64,000 nt of DNA, taken from the NCBI GenBank assembly GCA_963665665.1, contig OY762428.1, positions 3,584,001 to 3,648,000 on the forward strand. The letters are read 5' to 3'. The translations under genes and the position numbers were made by a program. Below are positions 1 through 9,636 of this stretch, in pieces. How positions within the stretch are numbered: position 1 is the first letter of the stretch; each line of letters begins with the position of its first letter. The DNA comes from Candidatus Kapaibacterium sp. Its GTDB lineage: Bacteria; Bacteroidota; Ignavibacteria; Kapaibacteriales; UBA2268. Under the pieces are notes generated by a model that ran no database searches, was not told the origin of the DNA, and saw only the letters and a list, made by a program, of their open reading frames with translations.

Positions 1-406
1 CGGCGCTGAAGCCCTAAAAGCCCTGGAAAATGAAATACCGGATCTTATTTCATTGGATCTGGTAATGCCAAAACACTCAGGCATACAGTTCTATCGTGAT
101 ATGAAAAAGAAAAAAGAATTTTCTTCCATACCAGTGCTTATTGTTACCGGGCATGCTCACGACGATCTGGGAAAAGTAGATTTCGACGCAATGACAATGC
201 AGGGGCCTGGTATTTATCTGGAAAAGCCTGTAAAACCTGCTCAATACGTTCAGTCTGTCTGTAAAATTCTTGGAATTGATCCGCCGGAAGGATATATTAC
301 ATCAGAACCTGAGAGCGGTGACCTGAAGGATGAGTTAAAGAAATCAATGGAAAATGCTGATCCGGATGCTTTGCAAAGGGCCCTTGATGCCCTTAAGAAG
401 AAATAA
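1..406 (+). CDS. Response regulator receiver protein (5' truncated by window)
   Basis: Frame open from position 2: GAEALKALENEIPDLISLDLVMP...IPVLIVTG...YLEKPV = receiver D/T/K motifs. Confidence 0.85.
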   Translation, partial: GAEALKALENEIPDLISLDLVMPKHSGIQFYRDMKKKKEFSSIPVLIVTGHAHDDLGKVDFDAMTMQGPGIYLEKPVKPAQYVQSVCKILGIDPPEGYITSEPESGDLKDELKKSMENADPDALQRALDALKKK

Positions 407-434
407 ATTAATATTTAATACAACGGAGTTTGAG

Positions 435-812
435 ATGGCAAAGAAAATATTAGTTGTGGATGATGAACCGGATGTTTTGTCATATCTGGTTACTTTCCTG
501 AACGATAACGGATTTGATACTGTTGAAGGAAAAAATGGAAAAGAAGCCCTGGAAATGGCAAAATCCGAAAAGCCCGACCTGATAACCCTGGATATTTCAA
601 TGCCGGAGCAGTCCGGTGTAAGGGCATTCAGAGACCTGCAGGAAACAACCGAAACAGCCAATATTCCGGTTATTGTTATTACCGGAGTAACATCGGAATT
701 CAAAAAATTCCTGCTAAGCAGAAAACAGGTTGATCCGCCGGTAGCTTATTTCGAAAAACCGATTGACAGGGAAGAAGTACTTGCTGAAATCAAAAAAATC
801 CTGAAGGTTTGA
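435..812 (+). CDS. Single-domain response regulator (CheY-like receiver)
   Basis: MAKKILVVDDEP...PDLITLDISMP...VIVITG...FEKP; ATG at 435 after GGAG. Confidence 0.9.
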   Translation: MAKKILVVDDEPDVLSYLVTFLNDNGFDTVEGKNGKEALEMAKSEKPDLITLDISMPEQSGVRAFRDLQETTETANIPVIVITGVTSEFKKFLLSRKQVDPPVAYFEKPIDREEVLAEIKKILKV

Positions 813-844
813 TTCTGAATTTTAATGGAATAACTGTATAAATC

Positions 845-880
845 AACAAAGCCGTTCCAATCAGGAAGGGCTTTGTTGTT
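845..880 (+). terminator. Hairpin, probable intrinsic terminator
   Basis: aacaaagcc...ggctttgtt stem just after the receiver gene. Confidence 0.6.
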
Positions 881-1106
881 TCGAGCTGCATGTCTGCCCT
901 GCCATGCAGTTAAGAATTTTATGAAATTTCCTTTTCCCATATCTATTATTTGCGCTTAAAATCAGAGAATGTTAGTTGATTCAGATTTTATAATAGAAAT
1001 TCAGGAACTGCATTTCAAATATTTAACAGGGAATCTATACTTTATTTTTTTTACTTATCTTTGTAACAAAGGATGGTATTAATAAAGATACAAGTGTGGA
1101 TATAAC

Positions 1107-1826
1107 ATGAGCAAAGCTTTTAAATTATTTCTGAAAAAGAATTTTCCCTCTTTAGCATATAAACTATTATCAATCCAGAAGAAAGACTCCCGCTTAAGAA
1201 ATATTTTTCTTAAATATCACAATATCAATCTGGTATTGGATGTTGGAGCAGATATCGGCTTATACGGCCATGCAGTCAGGCATAATGGTTTTTCCGGACG
1301 TATTGTTTCTTTTGAGCCGAGAAAAAGAGGATTTGAACATCTGAAAAAATGGTCTTCGAAGGATCCTCTCTGGGATGCTGAGAATTATGCTTTGGGAGAT
1401 TTTGACGGAGAATCAGAGATTAATGTTTCAGAAAACCAGGTTTCGTCGTCTTTACTGGACCTTTCAAAAAAATCGGTTGAAATTGTACCCGAAACACAAT
1501 ATATTGAAAAGGAGACAATCAAAGTTCACAAACTTGATACTGTGATAAACAACTTTTATAAAAATGGTGATAAGGTTTATTTGAAAGTTGATACACAGGG
1601 GTTTGAGAAAAAAATAATGAACGGATCTCTTAATTCTTTGAATAAATTGGAAGCTATTCAGCTGGAGCTGTCTATTGATCCGCTTTATAAGGAAGTTGAC
1701 AGCCTTAGAGATATGCTTAATTTTATGGATGGCCTCGGTTTCAAACTGGCTTCCTTCGAATACGGGTGGCACGATATCAGTTCCGGGCATATGATGGAAG
1801 TTGACGGAATATTTATCAGAAAATGA
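1107..1826 (+). CDS. FkbM-family SAM-dependent methyltransferase
   Basis: VLDVGADIG, SFEP, ALG, LKVDTQGFE motifs. Confidence 0.9.
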   Translation: MSKAFKLFLKKNFPSLAYKLLSIQKKDSRLRNIFLKYHNINLVLDVGADIGLYGHAVRHNGFSGRIVSFEPRKRGFEHLKKWSSKDPLWDAENYALGDFDGESEINVSENQVSSSLLDLSKKSVEIVPETQYIEKETIKVHKLDTVINNFYKNGDKVYLKVDTQGFEKKIMNGSLNSLNKLEAIQLELSIDPLYKEVDSLRDMLNFMDGLGFKLASFEYGWHDISSGHMMEVDGIFIRK

Positions 1827-1860
1827 AAAACATTATAACAAAGTATAACTGGCACAAACA

Positions 1861-1896
1861 AAAAAGCCGTTCCGATAAGGAACGGCTTTTATTTTT
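1861..1896. terminator. Bidirectional intrinsic terminator between FkbM gene and tRNA
   Basis: aaaaagccgttcc-gataa-ggaacggctttt with A/T tails. Confidence 0.8.
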
Positions 1897-1899
1897 CTG

Positions 1900-1972
1900 A
1901 GCCACAAGACGGACTCGAACCGCCGGCCTGCTGATTACAAATCAGCTGCTCTACCAACTGAGCTATTGTGGC
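1900..1972 (-). tRNA. tRNA-Thr (anticodon TGT)
   Basis: Reverse complement GCCACAATAGCTCAGTTGGTAGAGCAGCTGATTTGTAATCAGCAGGCCGGCGGTTCGAGTCCGTCTTGTGGCT folds as a cloverleaf; CCA not encoded. Confidence 0.97.
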
Positions 1973-2224
1973 CTGAAAGAACGAATACAAAAATAATACT
2001 TTTCCTTAATTCAGCAAAGTAAAAAATTTCGTTTTCAATAAATTATTTGTACTATTTTTTATAATACCTGAGTTTTATTTGCAGGTTGATGATCTTTATG
2101 GCAATAATTCCACACCGGGAGAAAAAAAACAAAAAGTTAAATAACTGAAATTATTAAAGAAATAGAAAATACAATCGGAAATTAATGTTGATATTGCTTT
2201 GAATCAATCCTCTATAAACGATTC

Positions 2225-3115
2225 TCAGGGGTTGCTAAAGCTATAGAGCTTTTCACTGACAATTTTTGCGCCTTCAATATTATTATGAAGCCTGTCGGCA
2301 AAGTATTGGTTTGCCATTAGTAATCCTGACAGATCAATAATTGCTGAACCTGTTGCATCTTCAATTTGTTCTTTTAACTGCTCGAAATTTGTGAATTTCA
2401 CAAGGTAATCTTTTTGGTAAGGAGCAATATATAGATTTGCTTCAATATTCAGTGCTTTCATTTCTCTCAGAAAATCAGCCAGTTTTTTTGCTCCTTCGAT
2501 ATCCGGCAACATTTCAAATGGTTTCATTGTTTCTGCAAGCCTGATAACTTCGTTGCTGATAATCCCCTTGTTTATCCAGTCGAAGTCATTGGGTTTATTC
2601 AGATAATAAAGGCTTCTGTATAGGTATTGGGAATTATAACAATATAATGGCAGAATAGAATTTATATATTTAAGCTTATCATCTTTTGAATAGAGTATAT
2701 CAGAGATTCTGCCCGATTCAGATACGAACATATTGAAGGGATAGCGGTGTTCGTTACTTTCCAGCCTTGTACTATCGTCAAAAAACAGGCAGGAAGCCTC
2801 GATAAATATCTTCTTCGGCTTCGGATTTCTGTCAAGATAGTCTTTTAATAAAGCAACTATCATATCGGCCGGTATTCCGTTGAATGATAAATTGGCGGCT
2901 TTGATATTTTTATTCTCAATCAGGTATGGCACATAAATTGAATTCACTCCACGTGAATTACCAATGAAAAGTATTTCGTTTTCCTGCTTCTGATTGTATA
3001 GCTTTGCATACCTGAAATTACTTTTGGATATTATTATTCCAAGGCCTGTAACTATTACAAACTGGCCTCCGAAGAAGATCAGCAAAAAGAGAATTATATA
3101 TTTTAGATATTTCAT
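2225..3115 (-). CDS. Membrane-anchored SGNH/DltD-like partner of MBOAT acyltransferase
   Basis: N-terminal TM, IGNSRG and FADRLH motifs; directly downstream of MBOAT gene. Confidence 0.65.
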   Translation of the reverse strand: MKYLKYIILFLLIFFGGQFVIVTGLGIIISKSNFRYAKLYNQKQENEILFIGNSRGVNSIYVPYLIENKNIKAANLSFNGIPADMIVALLKDYLDRNPKPKKIFIEASCLFFDDSTRLESNEHRYPFNMFVSESGRISDILYSKDDKLKYINSILPLYCYNSQYLYRSLYYLNKPNDFDWINKGIISNEVIRLAETMKPFEMLPDIEGAKKLADFLREMKALNIEANLYIAPYQKDYLVKFTNFEQLKEQIEDATGSAIIDLSGLLMANQYFADRLHNNIEGAKIVSEKLYSFSNP

Positions 3116-3127
3116 TATCCTGCCTGG

Positions 3128-4555
3128 TTAGAACTGAAAATAAATAAACTGATTATGGGAGAAACTTCCAAAAAGCAGTATCATCCAGATAATTGCTGAA
3201 AAAGCTATATACCTGAATACCGGCTTTTGCAGGATCAATTCATCCACGGGATACTTCTGGTGGAAAAGCTCGCCGGCAAATAATGCAAATACAGGCGGAA
3301 GAACTCTGATAATGTCAAATTTGTATCTGATATATGATAATCCCATTTCTTCGAAAGACAGAATTTTTCCGATAATATAGAAAGCATCGCCAAAAGTCTG
3401 TGCCCTGAAAAAAATCCAGGCCAGGCATACCAGTGAAAAAGTTAACACAATGTTGAAAAATATGTGTAATTTTTTAAACATAATTTTTGCAAGAAAGTCA
3501 TTAACCGGTGCTAAAACTCTTTGCAATACCAGGTAGAGCCCGTGAAGAAATCCCCAGAAAACAAATGTCCAGCTTGCACCGTGCCACAGGCCGCCGAGCA
3601 GCATTGTAAGCATCAGGTTCCTTTGTGTATTAAATTTCCCCTTCCTGTTTCCTCCCAGGGAAATATAAAGATAATCCCGCAGCCAGCTGGATAATGATAT
3701 ATGCCAGCGTTTCCAGAAATCACTGAAATCCCGGGCAAAATATGGGAATCGGAAGTTGACGGGGAAGTCGTAACCCAAAATCCTTGCTATACCTATTGCT
3801 ATGTCGGAATAACCGGAGAAATCACCGTATATCTGTACAGAATAGAGTAATACGAAAATAATGATATTTATAGTAGGGAATAGTTCCGGATTCTCGAAAC
3901 CACGATCGACAATAATTGCAACTGTATCGGCAACGGCCACTTTTTTGAAGAATCCAAGAAGGATCAGGCCCATTCCCGAAATAAAACGCCTGCTGTCGAA
4001 TGTGTGTTCTTTTTGAAATTGTGGCAGAAGATCGCCAGCACGAACAATAGGCCCTGCCACAAGTTGTGGAAAAAATGCCACATAAGTGGAATAAATCAGG
4101 AAGTTGTTTTCCGGTTTAAGTTTCCCGCGATATATATCCAATGTATAGCTTAATGTTTGGAAAGTATAGAAGGATATCCCTACCGGGAGGATAATATTTA
4201 AAGTATGAACCGAAAAAGAAAATCCCATCAGTGTAGTGATATTCTGAAAGGAATCTATGAAGAAATTAAAATACTTGAAGATAGCGAGCAACCCGAGATT
4301 TGCAAGCAAACTAAGAAAAACCAGATTCTTCTTCTTCCCGGGCGAGTCGCTGCGGAATATACTTCTGCCAATGGAATAATCAACAACTGTTGAAAATAAT
4401 ATTAATGATAAAAAGCGCCAGTCCCACCATCCGTAAAACAGATAACTTCCTATCAGGCAAAGAATAATCCTGTGCGTTCTATCTTTCAGGACTCCGAAGT
4501 AGAGGAATAGAAATACAACAAAAAATATTATGAATTCAAAGGAATTAAAGATCAT
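3128..4555 (-). CDS. MBOAT family O-acyltransferase (AlgI/DltB-like)
   Basis: LPVGISFYTFQ, FFPQLVAGPI, DFSGYSD, FWKRWHISLSSWLRDYLYI, GLWHGA, C-terminal FIYFQF. Confidence 0.95.
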   Translation of the reverse strand: MIFNSFEFIIFFVVFLFLYFGVLKDRTHRIILCLIGSYLFYGWWDWRFLSLILFSTVVDYSIGRSIFRSDSPGKKKNLVFLSLLANLGLLAIFKYFNFFIDSFQNITTLMGFSFSVHTLNIILPVGISFYTFQTLSYTLDIYRGKLKPENNFLIYSTYVAFFPQLVAGPIVRAGDLLPQFQKEHTFDSRRFISGMGLILLGFFKKVAVADTVAIIVDRGFENPELFPTINIIIFVLLYSVQIYGDFSGYSDIAIGIARILGYDFPVNFRFPYFARDFSDFWKRWHISLSSWLRDYLYISLGGNRKGKFNTQRNLMLTMLLGGLWHGASWTFVFWGFLHGLYLVLQRVLAPVNDFLAKIMFKKLHIFFNIVLTFSLVCLAWIFFRAQTFGDAFYIIGKILSFEEMGLSYIRYKFDIIRVLPPVFALFAGELFHQKYPVDELILQKPVFRYIAFSAIIWMILLFGSFSHNQFIYFQF

Positions 4556-4639
4556 TGTTTCATGTTGATCAATTTAACAAAGAACAAAAATAAGTATTAT
4601 TATCAATACTGCTTAAATTAAAATTATCGGAAATGGAAA

Positions 4640-5203
4640 TTAAATAATTGTGGCAAAACCAATAAGGTTCCTCTTCAGGTAACTGTCCTCAATTGACTGA
4701 TTGATTACTCCTGCAGATGTAGATGCATGAACAACCCTTCCATCGCCAATGTAAATCCCCACATGGCTTACTAATTTCCCCTTGGTATTGAAGAAAACCA
4801 GGTCGCCGGGCATAGCATCTGCCTGGCTGATCTTTTTCGATGATCTGTATTGATTTGAAGCTGTTCGGGGTATGCTTAGCCCCGCCTTGCTGTATACAGT
4901 TAATACAAATCCGGAACAATCCGTACAGTTTTTGGATTCACCGCCATAACAGTAAGGCGTGCCTATCCAGGATAATGCTTCATTTACAATTTTGTTTCGG
5001 ATATCTGATAAATTGGAGGGAATCGTTGATTTGTGATTTTGAGAATTACGATTTACAGGTTTGTAATTGGATGAAAGACCGCCGGAATTAGTATCTGAAC
5101 TGAAACGAACAGCACTGCTGCAGGAAGATAATAAAAAACTACCTGCTGCAACAATAAAAAACAAACAATATTTTACAGTGCTTTTCACTGTGGTTATATG
5201 CAT
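4640..5203 (-). CDS. NlpC/P60 family lipoprotein (peptidoglycan endopeptidase)
   Basis: Lipobox LSSC; GTPYCYGG, DCSG, GDLVFF, HVGIY, HAS. Confidence 0.92.
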   Translation of the reverse strand: MHITTVKSTVKYCLFFIVAAGSFLLSSCSSAVRFSSDTNSGGLSSNYKPVNRNSQNHKSTIPSNLSDIRNKIVNEALSWIGTPYCYGGESKNCTDCSGFVLTVYSKAGLSIPRTASNQYRSSKKISQADAMPGDLVFFNTKGKLVSHVGIYIGDGRVVHASTSAGVINQSIEDSYLKRNLIGFATII

Positions 5204-5208
5204 TGATA

Positions 5209-5361
5209 TTAATGAATTGCAACATTCTTTGCCGATTTTCTGTTCCTGCCAAACAGCCTTGAAACTATTTTTGCCACATTGCCTCTGAATTCAGAGCTTA
5301 TAACCATGAATCCTATTCCGGCGAGGAGCAAAAATGCTGCTTTTACAATTCCAACTTCCAT
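5209..5361 (-). CDS. Putative 50-aa small membrane protein (below ORF-track cutoff)
   Basis: MEVGIVKAAFLLLAGIGFMVISSEFRGNVAKIVSRLFGRNRKSAKNVAIH; GGGAA upstream; stops 5 nt before the NlpC/P60 ATG. Confidence 0.5.
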   Translation of the reverse strand: MEVGIVKAAFLLLAGIGFMVISSEFRGNVAKIVSRLFGRNRKSAKNVAIH

Positions 5362-5414
5362 TTTATTCCCAACTTGTTCAGTTTATTTTTCATTACTATT
5401 ACGCTTAATAATCT

Positions 5415-5430
5415 AACAAGTTTCATGCCA
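5415..5430 (-). promoter_or_regulatory. Putative sigma54 (-24/-12) promoter
   Basis: TGGCATGAAACTTGTT on minus strand; same spacing and TTGT variant as the site before flgF. Confidence 0.5.
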
Positions 5431-6042
5431 TTATGGAATTTCTACCGGGCATCAAATTGCATGAGCGAACCGATAAAATTTATTATTCTGTTAAGCCGGG
5501 TTTAAGTTGGGGGCAAGTACAAAACAATTTGCTGTACAATCCAATTGCAGAATTTGGTATTGGGAATAATACACAAAATTGAGAGGAAAATATTAATTGT
5601 CAGGCTTGAAAAAATATGCAAAAATTGTGTAACAAAAAACCTGGAGATGTGTTAGTTAAAGAAAGTTTAGCATAAACATAAAAAAAAACCTGGAATCAAT
5701 GATGAAATTAGGGTAAATTCTTGTTGAGGTTAAAGAAACATCATGTTCCAGGTTTTTTTAATATAGTTAAAAACTTTCAAAATAGCAATAAGTTATTGAT
5801 ACATAACAAAATAAAAAAAATATATCCAGATTAACCTGTTAATTTATCAATTATTTACTGAAAAATAAATGTAGTGATACAACTACATTTTTGTAGTTGA
5901 ACCAGCTATATTTTTATCAAAGAACTTCTAAATATTAATACGGAGATGCATTAATTTCATTTTATTATCAGTTTTGTAACTAAATACAATATTAAACCGT
6001 CTCTACAATGATAAAAATTTGGAACTTCTTTAGGATGGAAAA

Positions 6043-9000
6043 TTGAAACGTTTACTTTTGCCGGTGTTCATGATATTAATCTTTGTCGGAGTCAGAAATT
6101 CAGGCGCAGAGCTTACTATGGTTCTGAAAAATATTGATTTTTCTGTAGAAACCATAGATGCCAGCGAATACCCATACTATACTGCAAAATTCAAGCTCAT
6201 GAAGGACGGAAATTATGTTCAGGCTGACGAAAGTAATTTTGTAGTGCTATATGACAATACTTTTTCAATTCCGGAAGAAGTAAGCCAGCCTGAGGATGAT
6301 TGGCAAACTATCCGCTGGTACATGAAAAAAAATGTATCAGGAATAATATTTTTAGCACAGTATGATAATGAAATCACCTTGAAACAAGGCTACCCGGGAA
6401 ATCCAAATGCATCTTTCCTTTCAATAAGGAATCACGACGGCCTTGTAATAAAAGATATGCACATGGGTTATGCCACAGCAGGGGATTCCACCCGCAAACA
6501 GATTTGGGTTGTTCCGCTTACGGGCAAAAGGGATGCAGATAATTATGAAATGGGGATATATGTATCTTCCATTTCTAATAATAAGCCCGAGTTTTCCTGG
6601 GGCTGGCAGGGAAATGAAGTAAACAGAAAAGCTCCGCCTGTAACAACCAATCCGGGGTCTTTCTATCTTGCCGATATCTATTATCATCCCGATGAATACG
6701 GTTATCACAGAGACATTTTAACAGTTGAATATGACAACAGGACAAGATCAAGTATTAATCTAATCGCTGGTTCCTACCCGATTGTAAGGGAAACCCTGCT
6801 TCAATTGGTTCAGCCGGACGGAGGAGAGATACTTGAACCCTGCGAGGAATATGAAATAAAATGGACAGGAAGCGCGAAAGATCTTCCTACAAATATTGAG
6901 TTTTCTACTGATGGCGGTGCTTCCTGGAAGACACTTGGTAAGAGCTATGATTCTGTTCTTGTGTGGACTGTACCAAAAGATTTTACTGAAGAAGGCAGGA
7001 TAAGGTTGAATCAGGATTTTACTGCTAACAAACAATATACTTTCAGATATGATTATACTCCTGTCAGAAAAATTGTATATAATTTTAATGGCAAAAAGCT
7101 TCTTTCAGCGAACGAGGCCGGAACAATAGTAGAATGGGATGTTCACGATAAAGTTGTAATAAAGGACCACCTGCTAAATGATTTTTATCCTGGTATTACA
7201 ACATCTGTTAAAGGGGTTGAATATATTACAGACGATAGATTTGCAGTTGCCTACAGGCTTAATTCTTATTCGCCAGGAATAACTGATTCGATAGCATTTT
7301 TTGATACAGATAAAACAGAAGCTGTTGCCACAGTTTCTGTTGGCGATGATTTTACAGTAAAAGAGATGTATGTTGATTCTGAACGTAATTTCCTTGCTCT
7401 GACCCCGGTACTTGGCAACCGGATGATGCTTCTTTCCCCGGAAGATGCTTCTTTTATCAAATATGTTGATTTCCCATGGCCGATCTATTCTGTCAATTTC
7501 AACAGAGAATTACAGGAAGCGGCTGTTTATATGCTGAATGGTAAGGTTCAGATATTGAATCTGCCTGAATTTACTGTAAAAAAAGAAATAGATTTATCCT
7601 ACCTGCCAATTATTAAAGAAATGGGATTGTCACCGGACGGAACATTACTGGCAATTGGCTGCCTTGCTCCAACGTATTCACACTCGGAAGGAGCGAATAC
7701 CGAAATTCATGTAGTTGATATAAACCTCGGTGATATAGTCAGAACTACCCGGCTTACTGCAAGTGACCCGGTCGGGCTGGAATTCAGCCCAACATCAAAA
7801 ACTCTTGTTGTGGGCTCTGAGGCGCAGCCACAGATTGCTTTCTGGGATTTGACAACAAGCAAGTATATTGGCTCGCTTAGTGGTACAACAAGTGAACTTA
7901 CTGACTTTGCATTTTCGCCGGAAGGACATTCTGTAGCTGTTGGTTCTTCTTCGTCGGATAATCTTGTAATCAGAGAATTTACTTATCCTGAATCCGATGT
8001 TAGTAATGATAGCTTTATTATTGCAGAACCCAACCTTGATATTGATACTTTGACCTTTTCTGCAAAGTATCTCGGCACTGAAAACAGGAAGACTTTCAAT
8101 TCGGTGATTTGTAATAAGGGCCTTGCGCCAATTAGTTTCGAGAAGTTTAAATTCGAAGAAGGCAGAAATTTCAGCCTTGTTGATGAATTTGAACCTTTCC
8201 GGCTTATGCCCGGAGAATGCCGTGATATAGAATTAATTTTCTTCCCCAAAGATACCGGAGATATTATCGATAAGATGATATTTAATTCTGAATGCCTTGG
8301 GGATTACAATGTAATACTAAAGGCCGAGGGTATTAACAGAAATATCACTTTTTCGCGTGAAGAATTCGATATGGGCGAAAGCTGCGTAGGAGTAACTGCT
8401 GAAAAAACAATGGAAATATTAACTAATAACGATCCAGTTCCTCTTATAATTAACTCAATACAGTTTGTTGAAAGCTCAGGCAATCCGTTTGGTGTTACAC
8501 CGGTTTTAATTGATACTGTAATTCCTGCGAAATCATCACTGAAGTATACCTTAACTTTCAAACCTTCGAAACTTGGTGAAATCAGACGTAAAATGATTGT
8601 TTATCATTCTGAGCAGGGAAAGATCATTCCCGAAGTACCGATAAAAGGATTTGGTATAGGCACTAAGATTGATGTCAGCCATACTAATCTGCTTTTTATA
8701 CCGGAAATACCAGAAAGAAATCTGATCATTAAAAATTCAAATGAAAATGATATTGAAATATCAAGCGCTGAAATTGTTCCGGAAGGGAATTTCACAATTC
8801 TTTCATCATTCCCGATAAAGATTCAAAAAGGAGATTCAGCTGAAATCAAAATTCGTTGGAACCGTCAGTCGGAAACACCTGCCGAAATGAATTTCATGGC
8901 GGCCCCATGCGTTTCAAATAATACTGTTTATCTGGGATTTTATACTGCAAATTCCAAATTAAGCCTGCCGACAATTGAAGCAGATCCTAAAGCAAATGCT

Positions 9001-9636
9001 GTTATACCCGTTAATTACTCAACTTCAGAGTATCGGTCTTATAAAGGAATTCGTTTCTTAGAAGCTGAATTTACAATTCACCCGGGTATATTTTTACCTC
9101 TTTCAGTAAGTAGTAAATACGGAGATGCGGAGATTATCAGGAATGAGGTTGTTTCCGGTAAGAGGTATATTGGCGTACGCGTGGACGGTGACTTTCCTGC
9201 AAGCGGGACGGCTGCATTGATTGAAGGTGTTGCCGGGCTGACTGACACAGACAGCTCTCCTATTTTATATACCGAAAGCCCTGAATATTGGGGGACGGCA
9301 GTTAATGTGGAATTGGAAAGCGGACTTTTCAAGCTGACTAATCTTTGTGGAGACAGAAGAATTCTTTCGCCGGATATTTTAGATATCGTATCTGTTAGTC
9401 CCAACCCGACAGACGGAGAGTTTACTCTTGATTTCGATATTAACGAATCCGGGAAATGTGAAATAGAAATTTATGACAACCTGGGGCAAATTGTTATGAA
9501 TACTGATAAGTTCGATGCTAAAGAAGGAATAAACAGAGTAATAATAGATGTTTCCCGATTAAAATCCGGAAATTACAGGGTAGTGGTTAAAAACGGGAAT
9601 ACGTTCGGTTCAACTTCTGTAACGGTGATAAAATAA
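6043..9636 (+). CDS. Large secreted protein: WD40 propeller + Ig-like (ASH/choice-of-anchor D) domains + T9SS C-terminal sorting domain
   Basis: Signal peptide; FSPDG/FSPEG WD repeats; C-terminal VSPNPT...IYDNLGQ...LKSGNY...VIK. Confidence 0.8.
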   Translation: MKRLLLPVFMILIFVGVRNSGAELTMVLKNIDFSVETIDASEYPYYTAKFKLMKDGNYVQADESNFVVLYDNTFSIPEEVSQPEDDWQTIRWYMKKNVSGIIFLAQYDNEITLKQGYPGNPNASFLSIRNHDGLVIKDMHMGYATAGDSTRKQIWVVPLTGKRDADNYEMGIYVSSISNNKPEFSWGWQGNEVNRKAPPVTTNPGSFYLADIYYHPDEYGYHRDILTVEYDNRTRSSINLIAGSYPIVRETLLQLVQPDGGEILEPCEEYEIKWTGSAKDLPTNIEFSTDGGASWKTLGKSYDSVLVWTVPKDFTEEGRIRLNQDFTANKQYTFRYDYTPVRKIVYNFNGKKLLSANEAGTIVEWDVHDKVVIKDHLLNDFYPGITTSVKGVEYITDDRFAVAYRLNSYSPGITDSIAFFDTDKTEAVATVSVGDDFTVKEMYVDSERNFLALTPVLGNRMMLLSPEDASFIKYVDFPWPIYSVNFNRELQEAAVYMLNGKVQILNLPEFTVKKEIDLSYLPIIKEMGLSPDGTLLAIGCLAPTYSHSEGANTEIHVVDINLGDIVRTTRLTASDPVGLEFSPTSKTLVVGSEAQPQIAFWDLTTSKYIGSLSGTTSELTDFAFSPEGHSVAVGSSSSDNLVIREFTYPESDVSNDSFIIAEPNLDIDTLTFSAKYLGTENRKTFNSVICNKGLAPISFEKFKFEEGRNFSLVDEFEPFRLMPGECRDIELIFFPKDTGDIIDKMIFNSECLGDYNVILKAEGINRNITFSREEFDMGESCVGVTAEKTMEILTNNDPVPLIINSIQFVESSGNPFGVTPVLIDTVIPAKSSLKYTLTFKPSKLGEIRRKMIVYHSEQGKIIPEVPIKGFGIGTKIDVSHTNLLFIPEIPERNLIIKNSNENDIEISSAEIVPEGNFTILSSFPIKIQKGDSAEIKIRWNRQSETPAEMNFMAAPCVSNNTVYLGFYTANSKLSLPTIEADPKANAVIPVNYSTSEYRSYKGIRFLEAEFTIHPGIFLPLSVSSKYGDAEIIRNEVVSGKRYIGVRVDGDFPASGTAALIEGVAGLTDTDSSPILYTESPEYWGTAVNVELESGLFKLTNLCGDRRILSPDILDIVSVSPNPTDGEFTLDFDINESGKCEIEIYDNLGQIVMNTDKFDAKEGINRVIIDVSRLKSGNYRVVVKNGNTFGSTSVTVIK

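Noticed and set aside
1095-1103. DnaA-box-like TGTGGATAT
   Set aside because: Single imperfect match, expected by chance.
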